A stretch of DNA of 64,000 nt, taken from the IMG/VR virus record IMGVR_UViG_3300043570_000998, positions 25,843-89,842 of that record; one strand, 5' to 3'. Shown here piece by piece: positions 54,370 through 61,709 of the stretch (position 1 is its first letter; each line of letters begins with the position of its first letter). The notes below the pieces were generated by a model, which was given only the letters and a program-made list of their open reading frames with translations, searched no databases and was not told where the DNA came from. The position numbers and the translations under genes are program-made. This DNA comes from a virus.

Positions 54370-54441
54370 CGATTTCACAGGGACTCGAACCCTGACTACT
54401 ACTTCGACAGAGTAGCGTGATAACCTTTTCACTATGAAACC
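54370..54441 (-). tRNA. Second, divergent tRNA-Asp(GTC)
   Basis: GGTTTCA/TGAAATC acceptor; CTACT-CT-GTC-GA-AGTAG; CAGGG-TTCGAGT-CCCTG. Confidence 0.8.
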
Positions 54442-54468
54442 TAGTGTATCTCTATGTAGTTTTAGATT

Positions 54469-54496
54469 GGGTAGTTTTATGTGATACCCAGCACAT
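54469..54496 (-). ncRNA. H-type pseudoknot motif, copy C
   Basis: ATGTG-CT-GGGTA-T-CACAT-AAAAC-TACCC. Confidence 0.65.
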
Positions 54497-54501
54497 TCTC
54501 G

Positions 54502-54951
54502 TTAGAGAAGTTCCAGAACCGAATTGTAGGTTGAGGAAGTAACGAACTCTTGCGGAGTAAGACGGAGAAGAGCGAGTGTCTTTTCCAACTCTTGGAGTTT
54601 GCTTGCCGTTCCGCCGTATCCGCTAGGGCTGTTTGGTTCGACAGGTGGCTTTCCCAAGTCAAACTGCTCAATGAGGTTAGCCCCAACTGTCAGGTCTAGA
54701 TTACCGTTGTATCCACGATTTGAGATACGAATGGTGTCTACCCACTCACCCTCAAAGATTTCCTGCCCACCAACAGTAATAATGTTGGCAACCATTTCAG
54801 CAATACGCTTGGTGTAAGCCTTGCGTTCGTACTTGTATTCCTCAACCTTTGTGGGGTATTCAGCGATTTCAGTTTTCAGTTGTGCTACCTTGTCCTCAAC
54901 CATTGTGAGAACACTTGCGGTAGGGATTTTTACAGAGATACTGCGAGCCAT
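54502..54951 (-). CDS. Hypothetical protein
   Basis: RBS GAAAGGA after cassette promoter. Confidence 0.65.
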   Translation of the reverse strand: MARSISVKIPTASVLTMVEDKVAQLKTEIAEYPTKVEEYKYERKAYTKRIAEMVANIITVGGQEIFEGEWVDTIRISNRGYNGNLDLTVGANLIEQFDLGKPPVEPNSPSGYGGTASKLQELEKTLALLRLTPQEFVTSSTYNSVLELL

Positions 54952-55024
54952 TTGTTTAGTCCTTTCTATTGGCTGTATTACTATTATACTGTGGGGGTAT
55001 GACATATAACTATTGAGTTAGAGT

Positions 55025-55051
55025 GGGTAGTTTAGTCTGATACCCAGCAGA
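55025..55051 (-). ncRNA. H-type pseudoknot motif, copy D
   Basis: TCTG-CT-GGGTA-T-CAGA-CTAAAC-TACCC. Confidence 0.65.
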
Positions 55052-55056
55052 TACGA

Positions 55057-55209
55057 TTACTTGGAAGTAACCGTAGTCCAACGAGGCTGTCCAGCAACAT
55101 CAAGACGGACACGGAATGAACCGTTTGCGTTCTTGACAATCTCCTGAACCGTTCCCGAAACACCAGACTTCTGCGTGGTGAGGGTCGAACCGATTTCGAT
55201 TTCCGACAT
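55057..55209 (-). CDS. Small SH3-like protein
   Basis: 50 aa; two tandem upstream promoters (TTGACA-N17-TATAAT 55293-55265 and cassette promoter 55383-55362). Confidence 0.6.
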   Translation of the reverse strand: MSEIEIGSTLTTQKSGVSGTVQEIVKNANGSFRVRLDVAGQPRWTTVTSK

Positions 55210-55483
55210 ATTATTACCTTGCTTCCTTGTAGTGAGCCAACTTGTTGTTTGCTTCGTTATTACCATTATACAGGCTGGGAAAGAGTTTGTCAAGCCTTTT
55301 CTCAAAGTTTTTTATTTATTTTGTGGGGACTTCCGACTTCGTTTCCCTTGCCTGTAATACAAGTATACCAACGACCACCGACATATAACTAATCGAATCT
55401 GGAGATTTTTGTAACAGTTCGTAACTTGTTTGTCATAACAAAGGGGTGCGCAGGTCCACCGATCTTGGCAGGGTACTAAGAAA

Positions 55484-55514
55484 GGACAGTTTATAAAGGT
55501 CATATCCAGGACCT
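55484..55514 (-). ncRNA. H-type pseudoknot motif, copy E
   Basis: AGGTC-CT-GGATA-T-GACCT-TTATAAAC-TGTCC. Confidence 0.6.
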
Positions 55515-55562
55515 ATCACCACTGCAGGAAAGGACAAGAATACTACAGTGGGAGACTAGCGG

Positions 55563-55967
55563 CTATATCTCTTCAATATTATCAACTTCAAATGAGTGAA
55601 CAGTAAAGTCTTCAACCTCAGTATTGAAGGCATCCATTCTAACATCTTCAATTGAAAGGCTGTCAACATCGAAGTTTGAAGGAACCAGCAATGTTGCTTC
55701 CGCAGTAAGAGAAATGCTAACGGTGATTTCTTTCAGGAGCGAGAGAGCAAACACATCGGCAATAGAATTTGCCAAAATATTTACGTCAACGTCTTCACTT
55801 TGCTCAATCGACAAAGCGTCCAAAAGAATCAATCGAACATTCTCCACGTCCTGAGAGTAGTCCTGCTTGATACGGTCATTGTCATTACGAAGTGATTTGA
55901 CTTCAAATTCCAACAACTCAATCTGTCGTCGTAGGTTTGTAAGTACTGGGTGCTGATTGTCTTCCAT
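55563..55967 (-). CDS. Acidic hypothetical protein
   Basis: Coupled ORF. Confidence 0.6.
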   Translation of the reverse strand: MEDNQHPVLTNLRRQIELLEFEVKSLRNDNDRIKQDYSQDVENVRLILLDALSIEQSEDVDVNILANSIADVFALSLLKEITVSISLTAEATLLVPSNFDVDSLSIEDVRMDAFNTEVEDFTVHSFEVDNIEEI

Positions 55968-56227
55968 TAGTTGTCCTCTTCCATTCCACCGATTTCGATA
56001 AGTTCACCAATAGTTGCGGTAAGAGCGGTGAAGTCCTCTTCCGACAGTAGGAGTTCTGACATAGCAAATGCCATAAGCCCTGTGATTGTTTGTCCAAAGT
56101 TATTCAGGGCATAGTTACGCTCGTCTTCTGTTTCTGCTTCCATTACAAGAAAGCCAGCGTACATAACCATAGGGTCTACGGCAATATCTTCACTTACTTT
56201 TCGTAGAGCAAATGCCTTGTCTAACAT
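55967..56227 (-). CDS. Acidic hypothetical protein
   Basis: First gene after cassette promoter. Confidence 0.6.
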   Translation of the reverse strand: MLDKAFALRKVSEDIAVDPMVMYAGFLVMEAETEDERNYALNNFGQTITGLMAFAMSELLLSEEDFTALTATIGELIEIGGMEEDN

Positions 56228-56919
56228 ATTTGTCCTCTCGTTGTTTATATTATAATTATACAGGTGACCTACGACATCAAACTCTGGGAATCTGGACAGT
56301 TAGTCGTAATTCTTAATAACGGTTTGGTAACGAGGTGGGCGCAGCTCCCTCAGTCAGCCATCACCAAACGATGTTCAGCCACAGAGTCATAGATAAATGC
56401 CTTTGGGTAAAAATCCTTGACACCATTCAGAAATAACTCTGCCTGTTCCAAGTGACGGAACGTTGCCAACTTGCCATCGGTGTCGCCATTCCAAACCTGA
56501 TACTTCAATACATAGTCAGTCATTATATTCCCCTATCTCCGTGCTACCCTCAATAAATTCATAGTCGTTTGCGTTGGGGAACTGAGTGTATTCCATATTG
56601 TCCAACACAAAGTCAAGGTCATTAGTGTCCACAACAAATGTGTGATGAACGGTTATTAGATGTTTAGTCATTAGTAGTCCTCTCCGAACATATTCAGTAT
56701 AGCAAGTACCTCGTCTTTTGTCAAGGCTTCGACACGTTCCCAGTCAATTACGTTTTCCCAATTCATTACTTATCCTTTTCTTCACATTGATTACAGTATC
56801 CCCATAGGGCAAATTGTTCACAGTCTTCCATTACTGTTCTCCAAACGTAGGGTCGCAGGGGTAGCAATAAGGCTCTCCCTCGTCACGATTAGTTTCATTA
56901 GCACAAGAGTCACACTTCA

Positions 56920-57192
56920 TTAGTCCTCGTCCTCTAAGAATCCCTCTAAGCGGTGTTGTTCGATAAAAGTCCAAGCGTCTACAAACTGACTGTCACGATA
57001 CGTCACGCCCATTGGCAATTCGATAACCTCGTTGTAGTCACCTTGATTACACGCCACGATTGCGGCGACGGCAGACTGAACCATAAACTGCGGAATAGGC
57101 GGATACACATTAGAGGCAAAGTGAAGACTCACCATATCCTCTAATTGGATATCGCCTAATTCTTTGATACCCTCTACAAACATTCTTCCCAT
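56920..57192 (-). CDS. Hypothetical protein
   Basis: H...N.YPPIP motif; RBS GAAAGGAA. Confidence 0.65.
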   Translation of the reverse strand: MGRMFVEGIKELGDIQLEDMVSLHFASNVYPPIPQFMVQSAVAAIVACNQGDYNEVIELPMGVTYRDSQFVDAWTFIEQHRLEGFLEDED

Positions 57193-57365
57193 TGTGTTCC
57201 TTTCATCGATAGTCTAATTATACAGGGTAGCACCGACATATAACTATGCCAGATACATTTCTACTAGGTATAGGTCCTCGTCGTGCTCAGGGCAGACTGC
57301 TGAATACCCTGGCGATACGCCATAGTAAACAACGGCGGTATCACATCGGTTACAGTATCGTTTCA

Positions 57366-57644
57366 TTAGTGCTTAGCCAGCCATAACTCTATGTTGTTAG
57401 CAATATCCCAGATAGCAAGTTGGTTGTGCTTGTTGCCCAAGTCTATTGCTTCTGTAACATCAGCAACCCATACGGTGCGGTCATAGTAAGTTACGCCAGA
57501 CACAGGATTAGTCCACACGCCCACATACTGCCCCTCTATGATATTTTCAGGGGTAGTGTTATAGAGAGCCACCCAATATCCACTAGTGGCACTAGTGATA
57601 AGAGTAAACTCGTCACCGTCTTTGATATAAGTTCCGTCGTTCAT
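57366..57644 (-). CDS. Hypothetical protein (NQLAIWD family)
   Basis: RBS GAAAGGAC. Confidence 0.65.
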   Translation of the reverse strand: MNDGTYIKDGDEFTLITSATSGYWVALYNTTPENIIEGQYVGVWTNPVSGVTYYDRTVWVADVTEAIDLGNKHNQLAIWDIANNIELWLAKH

Positions 57645-57840
57645 TGTTGTCCTTTCGTTGGTATATCTCCATTATAGCGTGTACCTATGACATATAACTC
57701 TGGGATTTCGGGAAACGAATCGTAAGGTTAGTAATAGAGTTTATTGTGACAGGGAGGGCGCAAAATTTTTGATCCCTAGCTATTGAGCCACGCCAGCAGG
57801 AGGGTTAGTCCTGCCAGCGTAGCAACAATAAGAATTTCCA

Positions 57841-58017
57841 CTACTGTTCGCCATTCCAACAAGCGGAGATGAAACGGTCAGCCATAAACCGTTCATTGTC
57901 CTCTGCCATTATTCCTGCGAAGTCGTGAATGAGAGTGTCAAAAGTATTCTCGTCAATTTTGAGAGCGTAACAGTTGAGCAGTTGTGAGATAGTCACATAG
58001 TCTTTGCGTGTCATCAT
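57841..58017 (-). CDS. Hypothetical protein (MTRKDY..N.RF...RF..AC family)
   Basis: Coupled ORF. Confidence 0.6.
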   Translation of the reverse strand: MMTRKDYVTISQLLNCYALKIDENTFDTLIHDFAGIMAEDNERFMADRFISACWNGEQ

Positions 58018-58214
58018 TAGGATACACTCACCCATTCCATAGCGGTACGCAAAAGGTTGTCATAGTCACCAGACATAGATTGCGTAGTGTATTCGTTGAT
58101 TTTATCTTTGGTAACGCCACCCTTGCGGAGAGCATTGGATACAGCACCCATAATTGCGAATGCGTTTCCGTCTTGTCCTGTGAGTTGTACTTCGATTTCT
58201 GGATACTTTACCAT
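58017..58214 (-). CDS. Hypothetical protein (DGNAFAIMG..SGDYD.LL family)
   Basis: Motif common in phage early regions. Confidence 0.65.
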   Translation of the reverse strand: MVKYPEIEVQLTGQDGNAFAIMGAVSNALRKGGVTKDKINEYTTQSMSGDYDNLLRTAMEWVSVS

Positions 58215-58417
58215 TAGTTGTTTTCCTTTTTTTGGTCGGCAATATAAGTGTTGAGAAAAATCAGTCGTTCCATTGACTCTGCCGAAACGCCTACCGAAAG
58301 AGCACCAGCCAATCTTGCGTAGAATGTGTGATTGTCAGGCTCTTCTGCTCTAATAATTTTACGCAAACGGTCATACTGTTCTTGTGTTGCTGGATTTTCG
58401 GGGAGTGAACCATTCAT
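58214..58417 (-). CDS. Hypothetical protein, paralog of 59771-59959
   Basis: Shared MERLIFLNT. Confidence 0.6.
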   Translation of the reverse strand: MNGSLPENPATQEQYDRLRKIIRAEEPDNHTFYARLAGALSVGVSAESMERLIFLNTYIADQKKENN

Positions 58418-58546
58418 TTTGTTGTCCTTTTCTTTGTTCATATTATTATTATACAGCAGGGGTACGACATATAACTATTCATTTTGGGGAAAACGCAACG
58501 ATCTTCTTAATTACGCAACAAACCTGCGTGGGCGCAGCTCCCCTGC

Positions 58547-59098
58547 CTAGATTGCCGACCCTCTCACGACAATCCAAATCAGAGCCTGTGCGGTGCGAGG
58601 TGTCAGACCAAACTCACCAGCGACCTGAACGACTGCCTGACTAATGGCGTGATACTGTCCCTGCGTAGGGCTGTCGTTTTTCATCTGGGCTGCTCTCATC
58701 ATCCACACATCTACAACCACAGCGTCAGTGTCGCCAGCAATAGCCTTAGCGAATGCGTTAGTTTTGAGACCCTTGAGAGCGTCAATGCCACCTGCCAACA
58801 CATCGTTAGCCATTTTAGTATTGTTCTTTAGACCAGACACAGAGTGTCCAAGCGAGAACGCCACTGCCTTAGTCACGTTAGACGACCAACGCTCACGTGG
58901 GGAGAATGCGGAAACAACGCCAGCACCAATCTCAAGCGAGGCGTTTAGGTTGTGAGCGACTGCCTGTGCCACTTCCTGTGCTTCGTGATACCAGACACTA
59001 GCCTGTTCGACCTGTCCAAGTGTCGCCTTGAGAATGAGCGAACGGAACAAATCCGTAGAGGTAGCGGTTACGATTTCGTTTGCGGTGAGAGTAGTCAT
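58547..59098 (-). CDS. Hypothetical protein, possible HhH DNA-glycosylase-like fold
   Basis: WY..A, SP..W..N, K..AF, VVVDVWM.R, QA..W. Confidence 0.5.
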   Translation of the reverse strand: MTTLTANEIVTATSTDLFRSLILKATLGQVEQASVWYHEAQEVAQAVAHNLNASLEIGAGVVSAFSPRERWSSNVTKAVAFSLGHSVSGLKNNTKMANDVLAGGIDALKGLKTNAFAKAIAGDTDAVVVDVWMMRAAQMKNDSPTQGQYHAISQAVVQVAGEFGLTPRTAQALIWIVVRGSAI

Positions 59099-59247
59099 TA
59101 CTTTGTCCTTTGTTTGGTTGATAGTTCTATTATACATTCGACCTACGACATATAACTAGCAAAATTCCAGGGTATTTTTAATGCTTACGTAATTAAAGCA
59201 AGGATCTAAAATTGCGCCCACCCTGTGCGTAACCTTGGGGATAACCC

Positions 59248-59577
59248 CTAACGGTTAGCGTTGTGGCAACCAGCACACCGACCAGTGGAATCTCCATTGA
59301 GATAGAATAGACCGTTCACAGCGTAGTCGCACACAGCACAGATAGCATACATATCAGGAATGTCCTCGTCAGTGTCACAGTCACACACAGAATAGTTAGA
59401 GTAACAAAACGCACAGATAAGCGACCTGTCCAAGTCCTCGTTGATACATCCGCAGTAAATATACTGAACGCCACAGTTGCCACAGTGAGTAGAGGTGTCC
59501 CAAGCCGACTGAGGCTCTGTGACCATAGTTCCCATAGCCGTCTGGTAGAAATCTGAGTGAGTGTTTGAGTAAGCCAT
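59248..59577 (-). CDS. Cys-rich hypothetical protein
   Basis: Multiple CxxC/CxC motifs. Confidence 0.55.
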   Translation of the reverse strand: MAYSNTHSDFYQTAMGTMVTEPQSAWDTSTHCGNCGVQYIYCGCINEDLDRSLICAFCYSNYSVCDCDTDEDIPDMYAICAVCDYAVNGLFYLNGDSTGRCAGCHNANR

Positions 59578-59770
59578 TTGCTTTTGTCCTTTCGTTATAT
59601 CAACAGTATACCATTGACCACAGACATATAACTCTGGGGAATAGGAAAATGTTTTCTTAATTCGTAAATATGTTATAAAAAATTTTGGGGCGCAAATTTT
59701 GCAAAAATCTTGCGTGGGGAGAGGATTGTTTGCTCTTGCGAGGCTCACCTCTCCCCAAACTTATACGAAA

Positions 59771-59959
59771 CTATTTCGTGTTGAGAAAAATAAGTCGTTC
59801 CATAGCGTCACGCTCTACGCCTACGGTGAGTATTCCCGAAAGTGTTGCGTACAACATTTCGTTATTGTAAGTTGGGTACTGCTCACGAATGAGAGTTTTG
59901 AGTTTCTCGACTTGTTCCGTAGTGGCGAATTGACGAGGGAGAGAATCTGCGTTTGTCAT
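59771..59959 (-). CDS. Hypothetical protein, paralog of 58214-58417
   Basis: Shared MERLIFLNT. Confidence 0.6.
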   Translation of the reverse strand: MTNADSLPRQFATTEQVEKLKTLIREQYPTYNNEMLYATLSGILTVGVERDAMERLIFLNTK

Positions 59960-60013
59960 TTTTGTCCTTTTCTTTGTTATATTTACATTATACCGTAGGG
60001 GTACGACATCAAA

Positions 60014-60178
60014 CTATTCGTTTTCACGAATGGCTTGTGTCTGGATAGCCTTGCGAGTACGCAAACGGTTAGGGCGATTGTCGTGAGTGCCAGCCGCAGA
60101 CGAGCGACGGAGTTCACGCATAGCCTCAATGTATGGCTTATTCTCAATGCCTTTGTGAGTTGGGTTCTTTTTCTTCAT
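60014..60178 (-). CDS. Small basic protein (leaderless)
   Basis: ELRRS.AAG.H..R..R.RTR motif. Confidence 0.6.
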   Translation of the reverse strand: MKKKNPTHKGIENKPYIEAMRELRRSSAAGTHDNRPNRLRTRKAIQTQAIRENE

Positions 60179-60509
60179 AGTATTAGTATACATCAGACCA
60201 CCGACATATAACCCCCCCAATTCGGGGAAACGCAATAATCCTTCGTAACTCGCAAAAATATTGCGTGGGCGCACCCTGTGGATAACTTATACACATTCCA
60301 TTTTTGGCATATGTCGATCCGCCTATTGTTCCAAATAGCACGAGAGGCAAATATCATAGGGGATAAATTCCTTAGACTGCTCGCTTACTTTTCTTCCACA
60401 GTCATTACATTTAGTCATTTAGTTTACCTTCGATTAGCAACGCGATTAGATAGACGGTAGCGAAAATAGTTAGGATAAATCCGATATTGGATATGAGCAT
60501 TCCCATAGC

Positions 60510-60692
60510 CTATCGTTTCATCAACTGACGAGTGAGCGTTAGGGCTTCCTCGAAATCGTGATTCGTGAATACATTACCCTTAGCCAAACGGATAAGAGAA
60601 TTTAGACGGAGAGCCTTTTGCTTAGGCGTGAGAGCGTTGATATTGATATCCTCTGTTTCGTTGATATCAATTTCAATTTCTAATTCATTCAT
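60510..60692 (-). CDS. Hypothetical protein
   Basis: RBS AAAGGAC after cassette promoter. Confidence 0.55.
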   Translation of the reverse strand: MNELEIEIDINETEDININALTPKQKALRLNSLIRLAKGNVFTNHDFEEALTLTRQLMKR

Positions 60693-60746
60693 TTTATTCT
60701 GTCCTTTGTTTATATCTTGATTCTATCAGAGGGGTATGACAGGTAA

Positions 60747-60884
60747 CTAGACTACCTGACCACAACCTGAGCAGTAGAGAGGAGAGAGATATTTTTCTCC
60801 ATACTCCAAGTGTCCAGCAGTAGAACCACATTCACACTTTATAGAGAACCTAGCCACTTGGCAGGTATTCATCCATTCATTCAT
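60747..60884 (-). CDS. 45-aa Zn-ribbon microprotein (not in track)
   Basis: MNEWMNTCQVARFSIKCECGSTAGHLEYGEKYLSPLYCSGCGQVV. Confidence 0.65.
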   Translation of the reverse strand: MNEWMNTCQVARFSIKCECGSTAGHLEYGEKYLSPLYCSGCGQVV

Positions 60885-61092
60885 TTTAGTTTTCCTTTCT
60901 TTTTCTTTCTATATCTTTATTCTAGCAGTGACCTACGACATATAACTAACTATATGGCGTAACATTAGGTAACAGAATGGTAACGAATATGGGGAACTTA
61001 TACGCACCTCGTAACGCTGCCTGTGGATAACTTTTGGGGCGCATTTTCTTGTGCATAACTTATACACACCCCTTGCTAGGGGCGGTAGTTAG

Positions 61093-61233
61093 TTAGTGTT
61101 GCTTACCGCAACCATCACAGTATGAGTATGAGAGATACACTTCACCATATTCTAGGTGAGCACTAGTAGCACCACATTCACAGTTGTAAGAGAATCCGTT
61201 ACCTACTGGGCAACTATTTTTGAATTCATTCAT
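61093..61233 (-). CDS. 46-aa Zn-ribbon microprotein, paralog of previous (not in track)
   Basis: MNEFKNSCPVGNGFSYNCECGATSAHLEYGEVYLSYSYCDGCGKQH. Confidence 0.65.
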   Translation of the reverse strand: MNEFKNSCPVGNGFSYNCECGATSAHLEYGEVYLSYSYCDGCGKQH

Positions 61234-61583
61234 TATTTTCTATCCTTATCTGAAACCTTGATATTTATTTGCTCTGATACTTACTTGCTAGGCTCACCTT
61301 GCGGATTATTTGCTAGGCTCATTATCTGAGGCTCACTATCTTTGGTTTCTCTGTTTATCTTTATATATTTAGTGTAACATCGACCTACGACATATAACTA
61401 CCCAAAACAGGCTAAAAATAGGGAAAACGCAATAATGTTGCGTAAGAGTATAAACAACGCAAGAAAATTTTGGGGCGCAAATTTTTATTTATTTTATTAT
61501 TTATCGGCGTGTCGTTTAGTTAGATGGGGTAGGTAGGTGCTATGCTTATAGTATAGAAAGAAACAAAAGAAAGGAAAACTAAA

Positions 61584-61709
61584 ATGAATGAAATCAAAAA
61601 GTTTGAACAAGATGTTTACTGCACAGATTGCGGTAAGTATGTTGGAACTAGTGTTCACTATGGACAGTATGCTCCAAACTTTACGGGCGAATGCCCTAGG
61701 GGTTGCTAG
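61584..61709 (+). CDS. 41-aa Zn-ribbon microprotein (not in track)
   Basis: RBS GAAAGGAA; MNEIKKFEQDVYCTDCGKYVGTSVHYGQYAPNFTGECPRGC. Confidence 0.55.
   Translation: MNEIKKFEQDVYCTDCGKYVGTSVHYGQYAPNFTGECPRGC

Larger units (their letters stand above)
52852..61392 (-). promoter_or_regulatory. Array of 15 TGTCNN-N10-TANNNT (PafBC/RecA-NDp-like) promoters in repeated intergenic cassettes
   Basis: Copies at 52852, 54090, 54983, 55362, 56255, 57217, 57671, 58448, 59129, 59605, 59987, 60185, 60720, 60919, 61371 (22 bp each), all with a 10-nt spacer. Confidence 0.8.

Noticed and set aside
53005-55514. Calling the pseudoknots preQ1 riboswitches
   Set aside because: Similar size and topology, but they lie after stop codons, lack the typical ligand-binding loop and no queuosine genes are present
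52850-61500. CRISPR array or classical integron
   Set aside because: Repeats are degenerate, hundreds of bp to over 1 kb apart and contain promoters; no attC structure, integrase or cas operon seen
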